Shown here in pieces: positions 19,839 through 29,760 of a stretch of 64,000 bases of DNA. The notes under the pieces are model-generated. The model saw only the letters and a program-made list of their open reading frames with translations. It was not told the origin of the DNA and ran no database searches. Made by a program: the position numbers and the translations under genes. How positions within the stretch are numbered: the stretch's first letter is position 1; each line of letters opens with the position of its first letter. Source of the DNA: Candidatus Latescibacterota bacterium (GTDB lineage: Bacteria > Latescibacterota > UBA2968 > UBA8231); assembly GCA_965200315.1 (NCBI GenBank), contig OZ241362.1, positions 2,880,001 through 2,944,000 on the forward strand. Reading direction: 5' to 3'.

Positions 19839-21278
19839 ATGGCCAAGGAGAAGAGAGCGACGACGAAGAGAAAGACCGCTATCAGCGCCTCGGCAGGCGT
19901 CATCGAGCTGGGCGACAGGCGCGAACTGTTCGTCGACGACTACCTGATCGAGCGGCTGCGCGGCGTCGAGCTGCGCCTGAACAAGCCGGTGCCGCGGAAC
20001 GTGGCGATCGACCACGACGCGCCGTGGGAGGGCAACACCAGCGCCTACCACACAGTGTTCAAGGACGGCAAGCTGTTCCGCGCTTACTACCGCGGCTCAC
20101 ACTACGACCCGTCAGGCAACCTCTACCGGCCGGTCGTGTGCTACGCCGAAAGCCGCGACGGTATCGAGTGGTACCGGCCGGAACTGGGCTTGGTCAACTA
20201 CCAAGGCTCAACGCGCAACAACATCGTCTGGGACGGCATCGGCGCGCACAACTTCGCTCCCTTTCGCGACTTTAACCCCGACTGCCGGGAGGGGGAGGAG
20301 TACAAGGCTCTGGGCAGCGCACTCGCACGCACGGCTGACGAGCAGGCCCTCTACGCCTTCAAGTCTTCGGACGGCGTGCATTGGAGCCTGCTGGCGGAGA
20401 AGCCGGTGATCACCGTGGGTGCCTTCGACTCGCTCAACCTCGCCTTCTACGACCCGCGGCGCGGCTGCTACGTCGACTACCACCGCGACTCCATCTACCC
20501 CGGCGGGGAGCGCGTGCGCAACATCATGACCTGCACCTCGAAGGACTTCCGCCGCTGGACGAAGCCGCAGTGGCTCGACTTCGGCGACGCGCCCCTCGAG
20601 CACCTCTACACAAACGCGGTGACCTCCTACCACCGGGCCCCGCACATCTACATGGGCTTCCCCAAGCGCTTCGTGCCGGATCGCAGAATGCCCGGCAACA
20701 CCGCCCGCGGCGTGTCGGACGCCGTGTACATGACCAGCCGCGACGGCCTGCACTTCAAGCGCTGGAGCGAGGCTTTCGTGCGACCCGGGCTGCAGCCGGA
20801 ACGCTGGGAGAACCGCAACAACATGACGGCCTCGGGCATTCTGGAGACGGCCAACGACCTGCCGACGGCACCGAAGGAGTTGTCGATCTTCACCACCGAG
20901 GGTTACTACCGCGGCGAGGCCTGCCGACTGCGGCGCTTCACCCTGCGCTTGGACGGCTTCGTGTCCGCCAACGCGCCGCTGAAGGGGGGCGAGCTGATCA
21001 CGCGGCCCTTCACCTTCGCCGGCGGTGCCCTGAGCCTGAATACGAGCACCTCCGCCGCTGGCTCAGTGCGCGTCGAGATCCAAGACGGCGACGGCAAGGC
21101 GCTGAAGGGGTACACCCTGCGCGACTGCGACGAGATCTACGGCGACTACCTAGACCGTATGGTCACCTGGAAGGGCCAAGCCGACGTCCGCGGACTGGCC
21201 GGCAAGCCAGTGCGCCTGCGCTTCGCCCTCAGCGACGCCGACCTGTACAGCCTGCAGTTCACGCCGCTGCCTGTCTGA
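19839..21278 (+). CDS. Five-bladed beta-propeller glycosidase-like protein with C-terminal beta domain
   Basis: ELFVDDYLI, Asp-box repeats (SRDGIEW, SSDGVHW, SRDGLHF), LRLDGFVS. Confidence 0.7.
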   Translation: MAKEKRATTKRKTAISASAGVIELGDRRELFVDDYLIERLRGVELRLNKPVPRNVAIDHDAPWEGNTSAYHTVFKDGKLFRAYYRGSHYDPSGNLYRPVVCYAESRDGIEWYRPELGLVNYQGSTRNNIVWDGIGAHNFAPFRDFNPDCREGEEYKALGSALARTADEQALYAFKSSDGVHWSLLAEKPVITVGAFDSLNLAFYDPRRGCYVDYHRDSIYPGGERVRNIMTCTSKDFRRWTKPQWLDFGDAPLEHLYTNAVTSYHRAPHIYMGFPKRFVPDRRMPGNTARGVSDAVYMTSRDGLHFKRWSEAFVRPGLQPERWENRNNMTASGILETANDLPTAPKELSIFTTEGYYRGEACRLRRFTLRLDGFVSANAPLKGGELITRPFTFAGGALSLNTSTSAAGSVRVEIQDGDGKALKGYTLRDCDEIYGDYLDRMVTWKGQADVRGLAGKPVRLRFALSDADLYSLQFTPLPV

Positions 21279-21352
21279 GAGAGGGACAACCTAATGCCCC
21301 AACATGATGCCGTGGGCGTTCAGAACTCTCTAGCGGAAATTTTCTTTTAAAT

Positions 21353-23068
21353 TCAAGGATAGTGATAACCTTCATTGTTGATATTAAATGGCCATATCTT
21401 CAACATAAGTCTGAGTCGAATAAGGGCACCTTTATCCAGTTCTCCTATATCTAGTTTCCTTTTTAACGATGGATCATCAAAATCCAATCTTTTACTCGCC
21501 GTCAAAAACCCTTCTTTAAAAATGATGTGGGTCAGGTGGCTTGCGATTAAATAATATCCTTCATTTGAAGGATGCAGGTGTTCAACAATCATTGGTTTGC
21601 CAATTACATTTTTGGGATCGTAATCTTGGAATGTAGTTTCAAGATCTGCTAATATGATGTCTGCTTCCTTGGCAACATTTTTTATGGTTTCGTTTACCTC
21701 TGACGGGGCTCTGATCGGTAAAATATCCAAGTCTCTTGCTCTTGTGAAGGATCGTTTGGCTTTATCTTGATATCCCCGAGCAAGGTAAACATGACCCAGA
21801 TCAAAATGAGTTTGGGCGTGATCTGGGAAAAGTTCAATTGCTGTTTGGTAGATACGTTCCGCCTCTTCCAGATGATTTTGTTCAAATGCAGCCTTACCAT
21901 TCTTTAATAACTGTTGCCATTGGGTAAGATCGAGGGAAGGAGGCGGTGGTTCTGAATCAAATGGGCGCCAATCTCGAAGATTGGAAACAATTGTCCCTAA
22001 AATCACAGGGATTTGATGGCGCTTTGCAGTAGAGATAATCTCGTGGAGATTTCCCCTGAAATTCTCAATAGCTTGCTCTCGTAGAATTTGTTCTCGCAGT
22101 TTGGCCTCGTCCTTCATCATCTGCTTGACCTTAGCTCTTGTGGGTTCGGTGCCATGGGCCATAGCATTGCGAAGCTCACGAAGGTTTTTGTATGAATTCG
22201 ACATTCTCCCCTTCGCCTTCTCATATTCATCCTTTGCGTCTTGGCGATCCGCGTACCGTGCGGGATCTCCTCCACGCTGGGAGACGAGATAGGTCACAAA
22301 GGCTTCTTGTGCGTAAATCGTGGCTCGGAGATAGTCGCGCCTTTTTAGGTAATCCTCGGCGAGTTGGCTCTGCCGGCGCTGTGGAGTCTTTTTGTGACTC
22401 CAAGCCAATCGGTCTTGAAGAGTTAACTGAAACAGGCGAGCGACCCCAGTGAAGGGGTCAGATTTAAGGGCATCGTCGATACTCTTGATCTTTTCTTTGG
22501 CAAGAGATTCTTGAGAGGTTCGTTCAAAAAAGGCAGCCTTGTGCATGGGAGCCGCCAAACTAAGGTTCGCATTTGGCAGCAACTCCGTAAAAACTCCGTA
22601 GTCGCCGGTATGTTCAAACTGACTCAAGGATCGGACCCAGTCGAACAGGTGCAACAGTCCCTTCAGATCATACACCGTTCCGGTCTTGGTGTCTGGGTCG
22701 TAAAAGCCATACCAGAGTGCTTGCAACGTAATGTTCTGAACGGCTTGGAGATAAACTCCCGCCACCATCGCAATCATGGGCAAATGGCGAAAGGCGTGAG
22801 AAACGTCCAAGGAAAGCTCGGCGACGTCCTTGGTTGCCTTCGCCATAGTGTGCAGAACGTCGATTCCTAGGTTAACCACTTCTACCGTTTTATCCACGTT
22901 GGAACGTTTTAATAATTCGTGAAGCAGCTTGGGAAACGGCCCTCTTGTCGTCGATCCCCCAAGACAAAAGATGCGAAAATCCTTTTCGGATTTCTGCTGT
23001 TTCATGCTTATCTTGGGAATTAGATTTTTAAGCATTGGATTATTAATTGAATAATATTTTCGGTACAA
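21353..23068 (-). CDS. Chimeric ORF: SGNH N-part / Csx1-like (TIGR02221-type) partial CARF + HEPN / TPR + SGNH C-part; 5'-truncated
   Basis: FCLGGSTT and VVNLG (SGNH); LDVSHAFRHLP, YLKRRDYLRA, RNAMAHG (CARF-HEPN); TPR (AQTHFDLGHVY); EHLHP (SGNH block V). Confidence 0.8.
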   Translation of the reverse strand: MYRKYYSINNPMLKNLIPKISMKQQKSEKDFRIFCLGGSTTRGPFPKLLHELLKRSNVDKTVEVVNLGIDVLHTMAKATKDVAELSLDVSHAFRHLPMIAMVAGVYLQAVQNITLQALWYGFYDPDTKTGTVYDLKGLLHLFDWVRSLSQFEHTGDYGVFTELLPNANLSLAAPMHKAAFFERTSQESLAKEKIKSIDDALKSDPFTGVARLFQLTLQDRLAWSHKKTPQRRQSQLAEDYLKRRDYLRATIYAQEAFVTYLVSQRGGDPARYADRQDAKDEYEKAKGRMSNSYKNLRELRNAMAHGTEPTRAKVKQMMKDEAKLREQILREQAIENFRGNLHEIISTAKRHQIPVILGTIVSNLRDWRPFDSEPPPPSLDLTQWQQLLKNGKAAFEQNHLEEAERIYQTAIELFPDHAQTHFDLGHVYLARGYQDKAKRSFTRARDLDILPIRAPSEVNETIKNVAKEADIILADLETTFQDYDPKNVIGKPMIVEHLHPSNEGYYLIASHLTHIIFKEGFLTASKRLDFDDPSLKRKLDIGELDKGALIRLRLMLKIWPFNINNEGYHYP

Positions 23069-23088
23069 CTCCTGATTAAGTTGGTAAG

Positions 23089-23865
23089 AGGCTGACAGTC
23101 GGACGAACGGATGAGAGACTGATTGCAGGCAACGGGGAGAACACGACTAACTACGTGCTCTTCACCTTGGAACGGGACTATCCGGGTCTTGGCAGGCTGA
23201 AGATCTACGAGAACTTCAGAATCGCGAAAGACGACATTGAGAACGATCTTCGCCAGTGGAACGAGTTCGAGAGGCGTAACGTTCCAACCGTCGATCCCCT
23301 AGCGGCTCAGGACACGTGGATAAACTCTACGTTCATGAGCTTCAAGTACACCAAGATCGAGGATGTGAATTTCGTGAGTAAGTTCAAATACGATCGCTGG
23401 CACCAGAACGAACGACAGCCCGATCTGCGCGAGGACTATACCTTCTTCGGTCTCATCAACAAGGTGGACCTCGAGCGCAAGATCGCCTATGTCGATCTCA
23501 TGCCGAGAGTAAAGAACGAGCTCAGGCTGGAGGCCCCGGCGCTCAAGTCTGATCCCAAGCGCAGGGAAGACACGCTGCAACTCTCCCTGCTGGCGCGATG
23601 GCCGCTGTTTTCTTCTTCCACCATGCAGGCCGGTGTGGAGTACACGATCTTCAACCAACTCCGCAAATCGGAGACCGCGGTCAAGGAGGGACTGCTCGAC
23701 GATTTTACCGAGATCGTCGGAGCGATACAGTTCTCGAACGTCACCAACTACCTAGGTTACCGGCTGTTGACGAACATGGGTATGAGATTGACCAGAAGAT
23801 CGCTAGATGACGAGACCGAGACGGGCAGTGTGTCCTTTGCCACGGTGTACGCCGGTCTAGATTAG
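23089..23865 (+). pseudogene. C-terminal fragment of a large, probably outer-membrane beta-strand protein
   Basis: Frame is open upstream of the called GTG (RLTVGRTDERLIAGNGENTTNY) with no proper start; amphipathic strands; ends SFATVYAGLD. Confidence 0.55.
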
Positions 23866-23897
23866 GGCATAGACGCGAGCTTGAGCGGAGGTACGCG

Positions 23898-25571
23898 ATG
23901 TACGCTTTTTTTCTTTTTTACGGAGCACCAGTGGCGAAAGCAGGCAGCCTAGCGCTCCTTTTAATTTGCACAGGCTGCGGACCGCAGGATGAAAATCCCA
24001 CGGTCGCGGAGGTTGGAGAGCGAACGATCACTGTACAAGACGTGCGGGATTTCCTCGCCAAACTGCCCGAGCACACCAAGGACGAAGAAGCCGGGAAGGA
24101 GCCGTTGAGGTACCATCTACAGACCATGATCGACATGGAACTGCTGCTGATGGAAGCCCGAAGCGAGGGCCTCGAGAAGAGTTCCCCCTACCTGACTAGG
24201 GTGATCCAGATCAGGAAGGCGAAGCTCGTCAGTGAGTACGAGCGAAGGACGATCGACGCAACGGTAGAAGACGGTGAAGTAGAAGAGTACATAGACCGGG
24301 AGGGGCTCGACCGCGCGATCAGACTGGGCGACATCCTAGTCGCCGACCGCGAGACGGCAGAGAAGGCCGCGAGGGAGATCGAGGGAGGGGCGAGCTTTGC
24401 GGACGTCGCGAGGAAGCGGTCAATGCACAAAGAGACCGCGGCCCGGGGCGGGGACACAGGTCGGTTCACCACTAGGTACGAGATGATTCCCAGCCTCGCC
24501 GACAAGCTGTTCGGGCTCGCGGTAGGCTCGGTGTCGGAGCCAATTCAAATCGGCGGCCGATACGTCGTCTTCAAGATCCTCGATGAAACGACCGCTCAGT
24601 TCAATCCGCGGCAGCGGATGAAAATCGCGGAGGAACTCAAACGAAAGAAGCACGGAATCGCGAAGGCCGAGTTGGTGACGAAATTGAGGGACCAATACCG
24701 CCTCGAGCCGGTCCGAGATGGCATAGCCGCTGCCGTCGAGGCGCTGCGCCCCGGTGCGGCGAACGACGGCCACGACTCATCTGCGATTGTACTCTACCAG
24801 TACGACGGCGGAGAGATCACAGCTACCGACCTCATCGGCGCGGCCAAAATCCGCAAGGGCAATGTCTTGGAGACACTCCGCGACGCCGAGCAGGTGGTCT
24901 ACTTCGTCGAGCAGTACATCATTCCGGACGTGATGATTCAGGAGGCGGCTGTGCGCCAAGGTATCGATCGCGAAGAGGCGGTGGCCCGATGGCTCGAAGA
25001 GCAGGGAAAGCAGCTATTGGTAAGGGTCCTCAGATCCAAAGTGTTAAAGGAGAGAGTGACTATCACGGAAGACGACCTGCGTCAGTACTACGAGGCCAAC
25101 GCCGAGAGATTCCTGCATCCCGAACAGACTGAGGTCCAGGAGCTCCTCGTAAAAACAGAAATAGAAGCACTGCGGTTGAAAGGGATGATCGAGGACGGTG
25201 CCGCTTTGGGCTACTTGGCGAAGAGACATTCGCTTCGATCGCTCGAGGTGCGCGATGACGAGGGTCGATTCCACGTGCATCGTTACGAATCGCCCCAGTT
25301 CGGCGGTTTCGTGGAAGCTGCGGTTGAGGCCGAAATCGGCGAGCTCACGGGACCAGTCAAGGTGCAGGAGGGCTACTCCATCTTCAAGGTGCTCTCCCGG
25401 GAACGCAAGCGCGAGACCTTCGCCGAAGCTGAGATGAGGGTCCGATCGCAGTTCAGACGCCAGAGACACCGGGACACGTTCAACGAGTACATGGAGGAAC
25501 TGTACAACCGCTACGAGTCAGAGGTGTCAATTCACGAGGACAGGCTTGCGGCGGCGTTTGCCGTGCGGTAG
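23898..25571 (+). CDS. Peptidyl-prolyl cis-trans isomerase, two parvulin domains (SurA/PrsA-like lipoprotein)
   Basis: Lipobox-like CTGC, FADVARKRS..TAARGGDTG, VSEPI, second domain LAKRHS..GPVKVQEGYSIFKV. Confidence 0.85.
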   Translation: MYAFFLFYGAPVAKAGSLALLLICTGCGPQDENPTVAEVGERTITVQDVRDFLAKLPEHTKDEEAGKEPLRYHLQTMIDMELLLMEARSEGLEKSSPYLTRVIQIRKAKLVSEYERRTIDATVEDGEVEEYIDREGLDRAIRLGDILVADRETAEKAAREIEGGASFADVARKRSMHKETAARGGDTGRFTTRYEMIPSLADKLFGLAVGSVSEPIQIGGRYVVFKILDETTAQFNPRQRMKIAEELKRKKHGIAKAELVTKLRDQYRLEPVRDGIAAAVEALRPGAANDGHDSSAIVLYQYDGGEITATDLIGAAKIRKGNVLETLRDAEQVVYFVEQYIIPDVMIQEAAVRQGIDREEAVARWLEEQGKQLLVRVLRSKVLKERVTITEDDLRQYYEANAERFLHPEQTEVQELLVKTEIEALRLKGMIEDGAALGYLAKRHSLRSLEVRDDEGRFHVHRYESPQFGGFVEAAVEAEIGELTGPVKVQEGYSIFKVLSRERKRETFAEAEMRVRSQFRRQRHRDTFNEYMEELYNRYESEVSIHEDRLAAAFAVR

Positions 25572-25582
25572 TGGTCCTGTGT

Positions 25583-25626
25583 CGTTACTGGCTCTGCGGA
25601 ACGATTACGCTGCCCTCGCGAATTAC
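25583..25626 (-). repeat. Orphan 3' tail of a CRTAC1/ASPIC-UnbV paralog
   Basis: 38/44 nt identical to 29759-29802; VIREGSVIVPQSQ* versus VIREGSGIVEQSQ*. Confidence 0.75.
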
Positions 25627-25750
25627 TGTTTAGTTTGCCGCCGTAGCGGTGTTCTCGGTAGGTAGCATAGCCGCGGATGTTGAATGGGTTGAGTGGGACA
25701 GAGATGCCAGAAAACACCGTTCACCCTCTAGAATCCATCGAGGTCTAACT

Positions 25751-27385
25751 ATGAGCATCGACACCTACACAGTGAACCATTGGAACGAGGCGACGCACGT
25801 TCACGAGCCATCGATCCTTACCATAGAGCAGGACTTCACCTTCGACGCGCTCGGGTTCGTCGTGCTGCCGCGACTCCTCAGCCAAGCCGAGCTGTCCGCG
25901 TACCGCGACAGCGGCGATGGGCCGGGCGATCTCTGTAGCGAGGCCGGCTCCGTTGGACGCTACGTGCGCGAGCTGTGCGGCGATGGCTTTCGCCAAGACG
26001 GCCCTGCAAGGTACGTCTCTGCCGCCTCAGGAGGGAACGACGAAGCCTCGCTGCCACTAAAAGGCGGGGTGCATACGCTGGACCGGGCGTACATCAACCT
26101 AGCGGGGTGGAATGGCTGCAACGCCGACGGAACTCAGCTCCAGCGGGCCGGCGGTGCTTGGGAAGAGGTCCGCATCCGGCAGTGCCAAGGGCTGGTAGTG
26201 GCCATCGCCCTCACGGACTCCACAGAAGGCAAGTGCCCGCTGGTGGTCGTGCCCTCCTCTCACAAGAGCGGGCTGCCTGCCCCACCGCTTCCATCCTCCA
26301 GCAGCTTCGCCGAGCGCCCGGCGCTGGCGGCGGGCGATGTGCTGCTGTGCGCCGCCAGTACGCTACACGGGGTCTGTCCGCAGGGTGATGGGGGCGAGCT
26401 ACTCGTGGTAAATTTCATCTCGCGCACGGCTCGGCCACAACATCCACCTGACCAGCAGGACAAGCAGCCCCTACCCGCATGGGCGGAAGGGCTGGGCGAG
26501 GCCGAGCAAACCGTGCTGGCGGGCGGCGACTCTCGGTGCCTGCTCCTATCGGACGGTGCTACCACCTCGCTCATCTCCGCCGCCGATGCCGACGCGGCGC
26601 AGCGGGCCTCCTCTGCCCTCGAGTTTGAACGCAGAGATGATCATGCCGAGCGCTGGGCGTTTGACACCCAAGGCTTCCTGTTGGTCGAGGGCGTCATGGA
26701 CGATGATTGGGTCGATGCGGCCGTGGCGGGCATCGAGGCCAACCTCGACCGCCTGGTGTACCGGGGCACAGGCGACAACAAGCTCGACGGGGACGTGACG
26801 CTTGCCGACATCCCTAAAGCACCGACGATTTCGGGCACAGGTCGGCCGGACCTGAAGGACTTGTTTCAGCTACCGGCGCCGCACAATGCGCCTTTCCTCA
26901 AAATGCTGGCGCATCCGGCCGTCATCCAGCGCCTGAACTGGATGATTGGACCAGGGTACAGGGTGACTCAGAACACGGCCCTGTGCCACGTCAAAGGCTC
27001 GAGCGGACAGATGCTGCACTCGGGGAACGCCAACCCGACCTGCATCGGCAAGCACTACGAGATGGTAAACGGGCGCGTACATACGAGGTCGGGCATCAAC
27101 GTCGCTTGGCAGCTCACCGACGTCGGGCCCGACGATGGCGGATTTGTCGTAGTGCCGGGCAGTCACAAATCGTGCTACCCCTTGCCGCATTCGGTGCGGG
27201 TCTGCAACGAGCGCACGCCGATCCGCCACATTCCAATGCGTCGTGGGTCTGTTCTCTTCTTTTTGGGAGGGACGGTCTGTCACGGGGCGTACCGCTGGGA
27301 GGCTGAGGCACCGCGGCGGACAGCACTCTTCACGTACGGGCACGACGGCCGGCGTCCTTTTGCATGGCCCTCGAGCAAACTGTGA
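25751..27385 (+). CDS. Tandem two-domain PhyH-family dioxygenase
   Basis: Two repeats of FD..GF..V / VVP(S/G)SHKS / HG; start moved to MSID after GAGG. Confidence 0.8.
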   Translation: MSIDTYTVNHWNEATHVHEPSILTIEQDFTFDALGFVVLPRLLSQAELSAYRDSGDGPGDLCSEAGSVGRYVRELCGDGFRQDGPARYVSAASGGNDEASLPLKGGVHTLDRAYINLAGWNGCNADGTQLQRAGGAWEEVRIRQCQGLVVAIALTDSTEGKCPLVVVPSSHKSGLPAPPLPSSSSFAERPALAAGDVLLCAASTLHGVCPQGDGGELLVVNFISRTARPQHPPDQQDKQPLPAWAEGLGEAEQTVLAGGDSRCLLLSDGATTSLISAADADAAQRASSALEFERRDDHAERWAFDTQGFLLVEGVMDDDWVDAAVAGIEANLDRLVYRGTGDNKLDGDVTLADIPKAPTISGTGRPDLKDLFQLPAPHNAPFLKMLAHPAVIQRLNWMIGPGYRVTQNTALCHVKGSSGQMLHSGNANPTCIGKHYEMVNGRVHTRSGINVAWQLTDVGPDDGGFVVVPGSHKSCYPLPHSVRVCNERTPIRHIPMRRGSVLFFLGGTVCHGAYRWEAEAPRRTALFTYGHDGRRPFAWPSSKL

Positions 27386-27414
27386 CCTCCTCGCACCCAA
27401 TGCCCGCGGCCTTG

Positions 27415-29700
27415 ATGAAATCCAAACATCTGCGTGGTGCCGTGCTGGCACTCGCTGCGGCTGCGCCGCTCAATGCCGAGGAATTGCGCTTCGACAACGC
27501 CGCCCAGTGGCGCCGGTGGCCCCTACCCTTAGGGATAGTCGAACTGACGCCCCAAGGGGTCGTCCGCCCTTTGTCGGTTCGCAAAAACATCAATGCCGCA
27601 CTCGATGCCCTAGACCATGGCGGGTCCATCCGCGGCGTCGGGTCCAACCGCGCCACCGCGGCCCTAATTTTCGACGGCGACCCCGCAACCGGCTGGCAGC
27701 CCGCCTCGGGAGACTTGGAAGAGACGGGCTGGATCGAGGTGGATCTGGGCCGCGGCGTCCCGGCCAGCCGCGTCTCCCTAATTTTCGACAGCGCGGCACC
27801 CCCTTTTGAGATTTTCAACCTGCTGCTGTCCACAGGGGAACAGTTCGTCGACCACGCCAGAATCCCGGTCCCCGGCACCCTGACCTACCGCATCGCCGAG
27901 CGCTTCGGCGCAAACAGCACCCACCGCGTCGACTTTGCCATTCCCGCCATACCCCCGACGCCGATCCAGTTCGCGCGTCTCGAAGCGCTCAAGGCCGCGC
28001 CCGATGCGCGGCTGGTCGAAATCGAAGTGGAAGCCCTAGGAGACAACCTGATCTCGGGCTTGCGCGAGCGAGGTGGGCCGTCGAGATCATCATCGGCACC
28101 AGCCGCACAGATTTTGAAGCCGCGACGCTGACCAATGCCCTGCGGCTGATCGACGGCCAAATCAACACCTACTGGCGCAACGGCCGAGTCCCGCGCGCCG
28201 AAGACGATGTCTGGGCCTGGATCATGCTGGAGCTAGGTGCCGTCTACTGGGTCGACGAGGTGCACCACATCGGCCATATCGATCGCGGGCGGCATTTCAA
28301 TATGAACTTCCACGAGATGATGACCTCGGATGGCTCGCTGGCCGCGGACGGCTCGCTGCGCTGGACCAAGCACTTTTCCGGCGTCCTGCCGCCGACTATC
28401 CGCCGCCAAGGCATGGTTGCGCACCGTTTCGCTCCCATCCCCACGCGCTTCGGGCGCATCCTCTTCAAGACCTGGGACGCCCAGTGTACCACCGCATCCG
28501 GCACTGGCGCGCCCGGTTGCCACTCCAGTGGCCACACTGCGGAGATCATGGTCTTCAGCGAGGGTTTTCCGTGCGAGGTGCGCTTCGATTCCCCCATCCT
28601 CGATCTCGGAGGCCGGAAGAATGTCAACGCCCTCCGCTGGGCCGCCGATGTGCCTTCCGGCACCCGGCTCGAACTGCGCAGCCGCTCGGGCGACGAACTG
28701 GAGCAGAATTTTACCTTCTACGACAAGAATCTCAAAGAAGTCACCGAAAAGAGGTGGGATAAGCTCATTCCCTCTTTCCGCGGCTCCATCGATACTACCA
28801 CTGCGCCCGGCGGCGACTGGAATCCCTGGAGCAATATCTACGCGGCCTCCGGCCAGACCTTCCACTCGCCCTCGCTCAGGTGCTTCGTCCAGCTCGACGT
28901 GCGTCTGGTGAGCTACTCTCCTCTGCGGGCACCCTCCCTAGACTGGGTGAGCCTCGACTTCGCCGATCCCATCGCCGAACGCGTCAGCGCCGAGGTCTAT
29001 CCCTTCCAAGTCGAGCCGGGCACCATGGTGACCTTTTCCTACTGGCTGCGCGCCCCTGCTACTCGCGAAGGCTTTGACGGGCTGGCCCTAGAGGCATCCA
29101 CGCCCCTGCGCTTTGTCGACATCAGCCTCAATGGCGCACCCATCAAGGTCCAAGCGCGAGAGGACAGCGCCGGCTTCCGTTTGCAGTTCCCCCGCCGGGT
29201 GCAGAGCGGCGAACTGGTGGAGATGCGATTTGAGGCCGCCGCTTTCCTGCAGGCCACGCGTTTTGACCTCTTTCTCGAAGACAGCCGGCTGGGCCCGGAT
29301 GTGCGCCAGCGGGTCGAACCGGGGGACGCCAACCCACAGGTCGAAAGCAGTACCAATATCGTCGAGTTGACCTTGGATCGCGCCCTCTTCGCCCATCTCT
29401 CCGTGTACCCCAGAGTGCTCACACCCAATGGCGACGGCATAGGCGACCACCTCTTCATCAGCCTGAACCTGATCAACGTGCTGGAGCACAGACCGCTGAA
29501 ACTGGAGCTTTTCGACCTAGCCGGCCAGCCGGGTGCGCCAGACCTCGGGACAAGCGCTGGCCGGTGCCCAGGAACTGGTCTGGGACGGGCGAGACCAATC
29601 GGGCGACCTAGTGCCGCCCGGCCACTACTTTCTACGGCTCAAAGTGGAAAGCGACGCCCGCAGCCAGAGCGTCAGCCGAATGGTGTCGATCGTCTATTGA
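27415..29700 (+). pseudogene. Secreted discoidin-like + FlgD/CTD protein with two frameshifts
   Basis: Signal peptide, FDGDPATGW..WIEVDLG; frameshifts near 28078 and 29531; restored tail TPNGDG...WDGRDQSGDLVPPGHY...VSIVY*. Confidence 0.8.
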
Positions 29701-29760
29701 AATCCCGGCGGGACGTTGGATCGTTGGATCGGTTTCGTTTCCATACGCGCCAGGCCGCCG

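Noticed and set aside
21280-21350. att-site duplication of the tRNA-Sec 3' end
   Set aside because: No match to TGGCGGGAACGTG seen at the left island boundary.
21300-23900. Complete type III CRISPR-Cas locus around the Csx1-like block
   Set aside because: No cas10, csm/cmr, cas6, cas1 or repeat array is recognisable anywhere in the window.
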